NCBI RefSeq assembly: GCF_006345805.1
Contig: NC_043005.1
Span: forward strand, 72,788,001 to 72,852,000
Length of the DNA: 64,000 nucleotides
Direction of reading: 5' to 3'
Origin: Octopus sinensis
Taxonomy: Eukaryota
Of the stretch, positions 39,601 through 49,569 are shown piece by piece. A program made the position numbers and the translations under genes. Below the pieces are notes generated by a model. It was not told the origin of the DNA. It did no database searches and saw nothing but the letters and a program-made list of their open reading frames with translations. Position 1 is the first letter of the stretch, and each line of letters opens with the position of its first letter.

Positions 39601-40770
39601 TATTATTACTGATAACATATTTTATCCCAGTAAATGACCACAGCATTTTATTTGGCTACACGCGGGTGGAAGGGGGCTGGGGACACAAACTTTCATTCAA
39701 ACTTTGAATTTCGTGGTACTGGTCATGCTTTAGCTCGCTCTGAGTTGAGATGATGCATTCTAGTATCTCAAAATTTAATATACAATTATTCATAATTGTA
39801 GTATCCTGCGCCGATGAGAGAGAAGTACGGGTAAAGTAGAATTTTCTAATTCTTACGCTATCCTAAAACTTGATCTCGAAACGTAGTCCGTAGGTAACGT
39901 AAAATTGCATGATGGATTGCCGTCATTTCATTCTTTCTTTCTTACCGGTCTGTGTTTGCCTTTCAAGTGCTGTGTTTTTACTGAGATCCCCCTTTTAGTA
40001 GAAGGAATAGCTATATCTCTTTGACTGCTATTTCTAAATTCGGTGTGTTGGTGAGGCAATTCGTTGCTTAAACCCTAATTACTTAGTATTACTTAAATTT
40101 TCCTCGAATGGGGCTTTTACATGCTGAAATCTACTTGGTGTAATTGATAATTATCCCTAATTAATTAGTTTCACCTTTTATTATTACTGATAACCATATT
40201 TTATCCCAGTAAATGAAACAGCATTTTATCTTGGCTACACGCGCGGGTGGAAGGGGGCTGGAGACACAAACTTTCATTCATCAACTTTGAATTCGTGGTG
40301 GTACTGGTCATGCTTAGCTCGCTCTGAGTTGAGATGATGCATTCTAGTATCTCAAAATTTAATATACATTATTCATAATTGTAGTATCCTGCGCCGATGA
40401 GAGAAGAAGTACGGGTAAAGTAGAATTTTCTAATTCTTACGCTATCCTAAAACTTGATCTCGAAACGTACGTCCGTAGGTAACGTAAAATTGCATGATGG
40501 ATTGCCGTCATTTCATTCTTTCTTTCTTACCTGTCTGTGTTTGCCTTTCAAGTGCTGTGTTTTTACTGAGATCCCCCTTTTAGTAGAAGGAATAGCTATA
40601 TATTCTTGACTGCTATTTCTAAATTCGGTGGTGAGGTGTGTGGTTGAGGCAATTCGTTGCTAAACCTTAATTACTTAGTATTACTAAATTTTCCTCGAAT
40701 GGGGCTTTTACATGCTGAATCTACTTGGTGTAATTGATAATAATCCCTAATTAATTAGTTCAACTTTTAT
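36691..40770 (+). repeat. Right arm of the same array, inverted (~7 units); hammerhead-sense strand is plus
   Basis: Reverse complement of the left-arm unit; unit ends ...TTACTTAG at 37170, 37756, 38344, 38924, 39508, 40086, 40678, then a ~90-bp partial running into (TA)n at ~40770. Confidence 0.97.
36887..36978 (+). ncRNA. Type I minimal hammerhead ribozyme motif (first of 7 plus-strand copies)
   Basis: CCTGCG (stem I) - CCGATGA core - GAGA...TCTC stem II - GAAAC - GTAC loop - GTC - CGTAGG (stem I'). Further copies at 37471-37564, 38058-38152, 38640-38731, 39223-39318, 39805-39894, 40388-40479. Folded by eye. Confidence 0.85.
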
Positions 40771-40838
40771 ATATATATATATATAATAATATATATATAT
40801 ACATATATAATATATATATATACATATATATATATATA

Positions 40839-41237
40839 CAGGTTATGAGAGGTAATGGTGTCAATAAGACCCAAAGGTCATTTTGAATAAACCTCAATTC
40901 AATAGCACTGTGTACAACTCTATACTTGGAATGACCAACTTTAAATACTATTGGAATTTACTCACAAGGTATTGGAATCTTATACGTATACCATTCTGCC
41001 TAGATAATGGATCTACAAATGCAATATCCCTGCATATCTCACATCTATTTTCATTCCTCCACTTAACCCCCTATTTCGTATCTTATCTAGAATAACTATT
41101 GTATAACCATTTTCTTGCGCCGTCTCCGATGAAGGGATATAAAAATTATCCCAGAAACAGCTGCAAGACCTTCTATCTATAAATGTTCTAAAATCTACAC
41201 AGCCTTCGTTTTTTTATCTCATTTTGAAAAAAATTTC
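40839..41237 (+). mobile_element. ~400-bp (TA)n-flanked element carrying a decayed hammerhead; Penelope pLTR/retrozyme-like
   Basis: Unique sequence bounded by TA tracts on both sides; contains the motif at 41122-41169. Confidence 0.5.
41122..41169 (+). ncRNA. Decayed minimal hammerhead motif
   Basis: GTCT-CCGATGA-A-GGGATA/TATCCC-A-GAAAC-AGCT-GCA-AGAC; stems I and II pair and loop III is palindromic, but the cleavage triplet is GCA rather than GUH. Confidence 0.6.
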
Positions 41238-41244
41238 ATATATA

Positions 41245-41495
41245 TATCATCATCATCATCATCGTTTAACGTCTGTTTTCCATGCTAGCATGGTTGGCTG
41301 GTTCGACCAGGGTTTGGGAATCCAGGAGGCTGCACCAGTCTGATCTGGCAGTGTTTCTACAGCTGGATGCCCTTTCTAATGCCAAACACTCCACGAGTGT
41401 CACTGGCACAGGGACCAGAGGAAGCTGGCGACGGCCACAATTAGTTGGTGGTTTTTACATGCCACCGGCATGGAAGCCAGCCAAGGCGGCGCTGG
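41245..41495 (-). mobile_element. RTE 3' UTR tail fragment
   Basis: Same tail motif as 30465. Confidence 0.8.
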
Positions 41496-42027
41496 CAAAA
41501 AAAAAAAAGAAAAATGAGAGAAAGGGATAATGGATTTTATTATATTCTTTATTATTCACAATGATAATTTTGATCCATCTTGCATTGGTCCCTTGCAGTC
41601 AAGATTCTGCACAACTGGTTGTAGTGCATCTTTCAGTTCAGAGGTGTCTCATCAGGTGACTTTTCAAAAAATAATTTGATCAATAAACTTGGTTTCACTT
41701 GGTTCATTTATAATGTATCTCATTAATTGCTTGTGGCTGGTTTTGTGGTTTGGCATTACCATACATACATACATACATATATATATATATAGGCACAGGC
41801 ATGGCTGTATAGTAAGAAGTTTGTTTCCTGACCACATGGTTCTGGACTCAGTCCCACTGAATGGCACATTGGGTAAATGTCTTTTACTATAGCCTTGGCA
41901 TAACCAAAGCCTTGTGAGTGAATTTGGTAGAGAGAACTGAAAAAAGTTTATTATTTACATTATTTACAATTGGCGGATATTCATCCTTACAATTGGCAGA
42001 TATTTGTCCTCATCTTGTTTATTGTTA

Positions 42028-42071
42028 ACACAACGTTTCGGCCAATATACCCTCCAGCCTTCATCAGGTGT
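42028..42071 (-). ncRNA. Ultra-minimal hammerhead motif in SINE D (best-preserved copy)
   Basis: Minus strand reads ACAC-CTGATGA-A-GGCTG...TGGCC-GAAAC-GTT-GTGT; stem III reduced to the ACGT palindrome. Confidence 0.7.
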
Positions 42072-42300
42072 CTTGGGGAAATTTCAAACCTGGGTTCTGA
42101 TTCCTGAGGTATTTTTCAGGCATATGGTGCAGTGGTTAAGAGAACAGGCTATTAACCCCAATATTCCAAGTTTGATTCCAAGAAGTGACCTGAACAATAA
42201 TAATAATAATAATAATAATAATATAATAATAATAATAATGATAATAACAACATCGAAAAATACCATAGGAATGAGAACCCAGGTTCGAAATCTCCCCAAG

Positions 42301-42344
42301 ACACCTGATGAAGGCTGGAGGGTATATCAGCCGAAACATTGTGC
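42301..42344 (+). ncRNA. Hammerhead motif in SINE D (mutated copy)
   Basis: ACAC-CTGATGA-A-GGCTG/CAGCC-GAAAC-ATT-GTGC. Confidence 0.6.
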
Positions 42345-42846
42345 AAAGAACAAACAAGATGAGGACAAATATCTGCCAATTGTAAATAAAGTAAATAATG
42401 TAGATAACTCCTCATCTCTTAAATATAGAACTGAAAAAGTATGTTGCAGACAAGTGGTGGTGGTGTGTTTCCATCCCTGTAACTTCAGCAAAAGAAACAG
42501 ATAGAATAAGAATCAAGCTAGAAAACAAGATAAGAGTGGGGGTCGATTAGTGCAACTAAAATGCTTTCATTTTAGGACTTTACTACCACTACACATCTAC
42601 ACATGTATATATCCTAGATCATATAGACAAAACACAAAACACAAAACACACAAAAAAAAAAATTTTAAACCCAATTATCTAATGTATATTCCTGTATGAA
42701 GTTTATCACTGACACACTTCAACCTCTGTTGGATATCATCAGCTTTGGTATTGTTAGAACTAAATGAATTTAATATCCTTTTGATGATATATATTTACAT
42801 TCCACAAATAGTTGGTCATGATCATCATTCCATAAATATAAGATAG

Positions 42847-43295
42847 ACTAGCTATTTTGACCCGTGCTTTGCTCAGGTTTTGGTGGTGGTGTTGTTTTGT
42901 GCGTATTGTCTCTTTTTCTCTTTCTTCTTTTGTTCATCTTCTTTGCCTGGTTCTTTTTATTGCCCTCTTCTTTACCCTCCTTTCCAAAATCCCCCAAATT
43001 TTTACACCCACAATTAAAGATAATCGCCTCTAGCCCCTGCAGCAACATGAAAAGCCACCATTATTCAAACAGCGCAACATGTCTATCCCATAAAACTCAA
43101 TTTTTCCCATATTGGTAGCCCCGAGAGACTTGCAATCCTCCTCACACCATTGCCCACCACATTTTACCCCCCAGTGTAAATTGTGGTGCCAATCCGACCC
43201 TATCTACCGCCCCATAAACCGTTCCCATCCCAAAGTGAGACAAATAACCAAGAAATCAAACAACTTTTTCATATTTCAGCTTCATAGATTAGTGG
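42847..43295 (+). mobile_element. Second Helitron/DINE-like element (different interior)
   Basis: 5' ACTAG...CCCGTGCTTTGCTCAGG and 3' TTCAGCTTCATAGATTAG resemble the ends of the 54512 element. Confidence 0.4.
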
Positions 43296-43316
43296 AGAAA
43301 TGTTTTTTTAACTATA

Positions 43317-44185
43317 CAGAGTGTTCAGGCTAAATTTAACAGTTTGCACAAAAGGAAAGGAAAACACAGTATGCCATCCCAAACCAATAGTATTTTGGTT
43401 TAAATCAAAAAAAAAGCATTAACTAGATTATGGTTGGGAGATAATAGTTTACTCTATTTGCACTCAGCTTCCACCAGTCTCAAGACTGCTCCAGAATATG
43501 ATGCAATCTAATCTCAGGGAAGATCTTTGAATGCCTCTTAGATCTTGGCTTCCAGCTCAGCTTTGATGTTGCAGACAGAGCGGTCAGTGTCTTTCTCAAC
43601 TGCACCCAAACATAGTAATCTATGGGAATACAATCCAGGGAATAAGAAGGCTAGAAATTGGAGCTAGTGAAGTCTGAAAAATTCTTATACAACCACATCT
43701 GGCTCTTTCCAGAGGTATGGCATGGAGCCAAATCCTGCTGCCACTCATATGGCCTTCTAGCAGTAGCCCTTTCCAGTCAGGGTTTGACTACAGTCTCCTG
43801 CAGCTTTACATTCTTATCTGGGTTTAAGTCTAAGGTCCTGTTCAAAGATTTGGCTTGGCATGAATCCACTCTCACTGGAAGCATACCAAAAGACCATCAC
43901 AGTTTGGGGTAACTTAGTTTTCATGATATTCACGTCACGTCTTACAGCCTTTACAGTGTTCGCAGAGCATTGAGCAGCCATCATGATGCCAGCATTTTAA
44001 CGCCTAGCACAAATCATCATAATACAGGTAACACTTTTCCAATATTCAGATTGCTTCCAGTCTTCCAAGTCAGCTAACTTTTTCTCAGCTACAACTTCAG
44101 TCTTTTTGCTCTACAATGCCATCGACTGTTCACGAAAAAAAGGAGACATAAAAAAAAAATCTTCAAATTTAGCCTGAACACTCTA
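43317..44185 (-). mobile_element. DD37D/maT-like transposon, internal-deletion derivative
   Basis: TIR CAGAGTGTTCAGGCTAAATTT; remnants MKTKLPQTVMVFG, WQQDLAPCHTS, DYYVW.AVEKDT. Confidence 0.8.
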
Positions 44186-44937
44186 TGATATCCCCTCTCA
44201 CTCTTCAATCTGTAAAATGCTTGTAAATGTAAACTAAAACAACAGTAGTATCGTATAAGTGATATCTGTAGAGTATATCACTATAGATTATATAGAGGCC
44301 ATGTTGAAACTAGTGATAGCCTTGCAAAGGTTCTAGAGTTTTATAACAAAATTCTAGAATATCAGTTTCGATAAAGTTTAGAACCTGTAACATTGATAAA
44401 TGGGTTATTGATATTTTGGTTATTTGGTTAAGATGGTTAGCTGAATAAAATGAATGTTGCTGGTTTAGACTAAATTTTGTCTACGTGCTGTTTTGTCTAG
44501 GAAGTCCATTTTAGATATTTTATGAGGCCATTTATTTATACATAAACATTACAATGATTACAATAGTTTCTTGTTGAGGCTGTATTGCTGGTTATCAGGA
44601 ATGAGTTATGTGTGTATGTTGTGTCTGGCTAAGAATTGGATAGCTGCATAGTTGCATGTGGTGAGACGGTAGAATTAAGAAGTTCATTGTAGACAAAGTG
44701 ATTGTTTTCAACCCGAGGTCAAGAAGTGAGCAAGAATCCTAAATTCATCTCTCCTGTCAAGAACTTCTTTCAAACCTCTGCACTGATTGTCCCACGGTTC
44801 TATATTTACAACCATATTTTGACTGAAAAATCATAGAAAATTCCATCAATCATATGATTGCAGCTGAAATATTATTGGTGAGAATCCAGGGCAAGTTGCT
44901 TGTTATGATGTGGCCTATTTCTTGTTATTGGACTAAT

Positions 44938-45215
44938 CCTCATCATCATCATCATCATCATAGTTTAACGTCCGTTTTCCATGCTAGTATGGGTTGGACG
45001 GTTTGACTGGGGTCTGGGAAGCCAGGAGGCTGCACCAGGCTCCAGTCTGATCTGCCAGTGTTTCTACAGCTGGATGCCCTTCCTAACCACTCCGTGAGTG
45101 TAGTGGGTGCTTTTTACATGCCACCGGCACAGGTGCTAGGGGAGGCAGGCAACGGCCACGATCGGTTGGTGCTTTTTACGTGCCACCGGCACGGAAGCCA
45201 GTCAAGGCGGTGCTG
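44938..45215 (-). mobile_element. RTE 3' UTR tail fragment
   Basis: Same tail motif as 30465 and 21385. Confidence 0.8.
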
Positions 45216-45976
45216 GCATGTGGTTTCAAATTTAAGCCCCACTACAGACCAATGTCTACATTCTCATTATTTGCTGTAGTGAGGTGTACTTCATTCCAGA
45301 TCACAGATGTGGAGAGCAGGGCTTGGTAAGGCATTGCTTATGGCATCAACCCACTACTTGGTGTCCTGTAAGTTTTAATGAAGTTGGACGATATGACTCA
45401 ATACAAAGTTAGAACATATTGTATCGTACACATCACCTTTAATATTTTCATCCTATTGGGTCACATAGAATGCTATATTGATAAACATATGAGTCTGTGA
45501 ACAGCTGAGATGAGAAGTTGACAAGATTTATTTTTTTGTGGTCCGAAGAAAGAGGCTATGCTCATGCAAATCCTCTGAGACCTGTGAGGTGCTGACAATG
45601 TTTCCATTCCACTCGATCTTAATCAACTAATTCATTCCCACCAAATTTGTAGATTTGTACCTTGTCCTAGAAATTATTATTATTATTATTCAGATCACTG
45701 CCTGGAATCGAACTCAGAATCTTGGGCTTAGTAACCCGCACTCTTAACCACTACGCCATATGCCCATGGGCATATGGTGTAGTGGTTAAGAGCACGGGCA
45801 ACTAACCCCAAGATTCCGAGTTCGATTCCAGGCAGCGATCTGAATAATAATAATGATGATGATGATGTGAATGACAACAACATTGAAAAATACCTTAGGA
45901 ATGAGAACCCAGGTTCGAAATTTCCCCAAGACACCTGATGAGTGTTGGAGGGTATAACAGCCAAAACATAGTGTTA

Positions 45977-47244
45977 CGAGGGGCGTTCAATAAGTAATGC
46001 CCCTGACCCACTTCCCATAGCAGTAGAGCAACGACACTTGGCACAGTTATTAGTCTTTTCCTACATAGGAACTACCCAGAGTTATGCATTTCTACCATCG
46101 TTTGATACAGCTCTGGAGACCGTTTTTGTAGAAGACCCCAGCTTGGTCCTCCAACCACAACGTGACTTCAGAAATCAAGGCTGCATCATCTGGGAAACGC
46201 TTTCCTTTCAAAATCAACTTCATGGCTGGGAAGAGGTGAAAATCAGAGGGTGCAAGGGTAGGAGTTCATAGCTGCACGCCTGTGCTTCTGATCTGGCGAC
46301 ACGCGAGTTGTGGACTGGAGCATGTCCTGCAGGAGGAGGATGCCTTTGCTGATCTTGCCCCACCTCTTGATTTTGATAGCTTCTCTTAATTTCCTCAAAA
46401 GTGAAGCATAATAGGCTCCTGTAACTGTGGTACCCTTTGCCAGGAAATCTGTCATCACTACTCCGTCCTGGTCCCAGAAGACTGTGAGCATAACCTTGTC
46501 AGTGGAGGGCTGCACCCTTGCCTTCTTTGGAGGAGGTGAGTCACGGTGCTTTCACTGCATTGACTGGGCTTTGGTCTATGGATCATAGTGATGGACCCAG
46601 GTTTATCCTGTGTGATCAGTCTTTTGAAAAATTTTGACTCATCTTCTTGGCACATCTCCAAATTCATCCTTGAGCACTCAACGCGTTCTTGCTTCTGGAA
46701 AGGTGTGAGCAACCTGGAAATCCATCTAGCAGACACCTTTTGCATATGCAAATGGTCATGAATGATAGTTTCCACAGACCCGGTACTAATCTTGACCTTA
46801 TGGGCTATTTGGCGAATAGTTATGCGTTGACCTTCCAAAATGGCAGCCTCAACTTGATGGACAGACGTCTCATCAACGGCAGAAGGGGGCGACCAGATCT
46901 GGGAGCTGTTTCCACAGAGTTCCGACTATGTTTGAATTCACAATGCCAGCGTTTTACAAGGTCATATGATGGGGCATCATCACCATAAGTTACTTTCATT
47001 TCATCAAAAGTCTCCCGTGGTGTGCGTCCTTTCAAATACAAAAACCAGATCACTGCTCGACACTCAACAGGCTCCATTTCACACTTGACTCAGTTCAAAC
47101 ACCTGTAAATCAGAAACCACAATTAGTTCAGAGCTGTAATTCGCCACTTAATCTATAGAGGTATAAATAAGTGCACATGCAAAATTTCAGCTAGATCACA
47201 CAACTGCAAGTGGGTCAGGGGCATTACTTATTGAACGCCCCTCG
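45977..47244 (-). mobile_element. Mariner transposon (irritans-like), full length, transposase disrupted
   Basis: Perfect 37-bp TIR CGAGGGGCGTTCAATAAGTAATGCCCCTGACCCACTT; TA duplication at 45975-76 and 47245-46. Confidence 0.95.
46050..47077 (-). pseudogene. Mariner transposase pseudogene
   Basis: MEPVECRAVIWFLYLKG...RSGRP, KVSARWISRLL, VMLTVFWD, SDFHLFP...KGKRF motifs across frameshifts; the YSPDL motif appears deleted. Confidence 0.92.
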
Positions 47245-47339
47245 TAACAACAGAGGACAAATATCCATCAATTGTAAATAATGTGAATAATGTACATAAT
47301 TCCTCTTGTCTTAAATATAGAACTGTATTATTATTATTA

Positions 47340-47378
<39 letters not shown>

Positions 47379-47884
47379 CATTATTATTATTATTATGATG
47401 ATGATGAAGTGTTCACATGGTGGATTAACAGGAAAAACATCAGCAGAGAGGGAATTACAGAGGGATATACTCTGGGTAAAAAAAGACTGGGTACAGCTGC
47501 ACAACAGTGAGTGATGGGTTTGGTGTGTGTGGACACAATATGGAGAGATGAGTGAACTGGAAATGCCTTAGTGGAAATGATACAAGATGAACCAGACCTG
47601 ATGAGCAGTAGTTTGCATAGTTACAGTGGGAAAGAGAGAGAGAGAGAGAAAGAGAGCAGGGAATTTTAGGATTTGGTAAAGTAGCGACTAACTCTTGGAT
47701 GCACTATTTGAGGGATACTGTCAGAAGCCTTGTTGGTGTCAAGTAACTGGAATGCACTTGAGGGCACATGTGATTCTGGTGCAGCGGAAAGGGATATTTG
47801 TGGAGAAATCTTACCAATTGCATGCAGTCTGGAGTTGGATACAAACCAGGTAATGAATTTGGCGGCATTATTTGTACAAGTAAA

Positions 47885-48110
47885 AGGCAGCCAACTGGCA
47901 GAATTGTTAGCATGCTGGGCAGGATGCTTAGTGGCATTTCGTCTGTCCTTACATTCTGAGTTCAAATTTTGTCGAAGTTGACTTTGTCTTTCACCCTTTC
48001 AGGGAGGGTCACTAAAATAAATACCAGTAATGCACTGGGGTCAATGTAATTGACGACACCTGCCCTCCAAAATTTTAGGCTTTGTGCCTACAGTAGAAAG
48101 AATTATTTGT
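47885..48110 (+). mobile_element. SINE B, alternative-tail variant
   Basis: B head and body with tail ...GGCTTTGTGCCTACAGTAGAAAG; related minus-strand copies at ~6880-7050, ~7120-7247, ~61310-61740. Confidence 0.8.
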
Positions 48111-48195
48111 GCAAATACTACTTCAACAACCATCTTAATTGAGATGTAGAGAAAGGGAGAATTCTGTAAATTTGAGAGAAATCTTTCTCTAAAAG

Positions 48196-48877
48196 GATCA
48201 TCATTATCATCCTAGTCAGGTGTCGTACTATGCGATGCTGTGGTCATCACAATGTCCTGCCACCTTCTCCTGTCCTTTACGCCATGGACTGCTGAGGATA
48301 AAGACAATCCTGTGGCTGCGATGTCTTTCAGCCAGGAAGTGGGTAGTCTGCCTCTTTCGCATCTGCTGTTCACCTTGCCAATTATGATCGTTTGCTCAAG
48401 TCCATCCCGGTGCATGATGTGGCCAAAGAACCGTAGCTTCCACTTCATGATGTCTCGCCGAAGTGTCATCTCACAACCAAGATTTTCTAGTACCCAATTC
48501 TGCGGTAACACCACATTTCAGAAGCGCTCACTCTTTTCTCATCTGCCTTCAACATTGTCCACAACTCGCAGCCGTACGTCACAATAGAGAAAGCGGTAGC
48601 CCGAAGTAGCCTTATCTTCAGCAGCACTGACATGCCACAACTCTTCCAGATGTTCTCCACATCTTGTACCACTTGCCTCACTATTGCAAGTCTTCTCTGT
48701 AGTTCTGGTGTACTTGATCCACTGGTGCTGATTGTGGATCCCAAGTACACAAAATTATCCACTTCCTGAATCATCTCTCCATCTACGGTGAAGTCACCTT
48801 GGTCTGTCCTGTACTTATCCACCACCAAGATCTTTGTCTTCTTTACATTCAGGAATAGGTCACTTTGTGCACTCAAT
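48196..48877 (-). mobile_element. RTE-clade LINE 3' fragment (RT C-terminus, GAT tail)
   Basis: LNVKKTK, FVYLGSTI, YGCELWT, LRFFGHIMHR, GKV..R.RGR.P motifs; (GAT)n tail. Confidence 0.92.
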
Positions 48878-49534
48878 CAAAAGGATAGACAACTATCCTT
48901 TTTATTGAGTTCTCTCATCTCCCAAAAACTATTGCCTATCAAAAGGATAGGGAATAGTTTTTGGGAGGTGAGAGAACTCAATAGTTGTGGGTATGCAAAG
49001 GCATCACTTAAATTGCAAATAGTGGCCTTGCTGGTATTTTGATAGTGGCTAAGAGCTAGTTTGTGAGAGTAGGTGATTCTCTCCATCTTTCATAGGCTAT
49101 GTTTTGCCTGAATTACTTTCATGCACTCCATAGACTTTTGATATGAATTTTGGTTATGTGCAATATGTGGAAGGACGCTCCTTAGAAAGACGATGGGTTT
49201 AACTCCTTCCACCAGCTGTGTCTGATGTGTCAAAGGTGAAGTGTATGTTCTATCAGTGACAGTTAGATTAGAATTGGCAAAGCTCCACCAACTTACCTAA
49301 TCTGAAGTGCAATAGTGTCCAAAATCTCTGGAACAGCCTTGCATAAGTTGTATGGTGGGTAGTTTCAATAAGGCAGTTGTTGTAGGACTCTCTATATGAG
49401 TAGAGACAATGATGGTCTGGTAAAGTTTGGGGTTGGAGGTGAGAAAGTGATGGAAAGTATTTGACTGTATCACTCGGAGATGCTTGTAGGAAGTTGTGGA
49501 TTGATGACAGAGATTTAGGGCAGTCGGGCAGGCA

Positions 49535-49569
49535 CACGTGAGCTCGGCGCGTGGCTACCTGGACGCGTG
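49535..49569. promoter_or_regulatory. Cluster of bHLH-type motifs in a CpG-rich patch
   Basis: CACGTG at 49535 and CGCGTG at 49548 and 49564. Confidence 0.25.

Larger units (their letters stand above)
41948..42440 (+). mobile_element. SINE family D (tRNA head, AAT spacer, hammerhead-bearing 3' part) preceded by an inverted copy of its 3' part
   Basis: Head GGCATATGGTGCAGTGG at 42119; 41948-42118 is the reverse complement of ~42255-42400; flanked by AGAACTGAAAAA(A)GT at 41933-41947 and 42427-42440. Confidence 0.8.
45672..47325 (+). mobile_element. SINE D copy with head-to-head inverted tRNA head, interrupted by a mariner
   Basis: Palindromic junction ATATGCCCA|TGGGCATAT at 45766/45767; decayed hammerhead at 45931-45974; SINE sequence resumes at 47247 and ends AAATATAGAACTG + (ATT)n. 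Confidence 0.8.

Noticed and set aside
33315-40770. Simple fold-back read artefact as the whole explanation of the palindrome
   Set aside because: The right arm is longer than the left, ends at a different unit phase, does not mirror the left flank and differs at diagnostic sites. Copy number and indels may still be assembly-affected.
47597-47625. CTGATGA followed by a short GCA/TGC stem
   Set aside because: No GAAA or stem I partner downstream.
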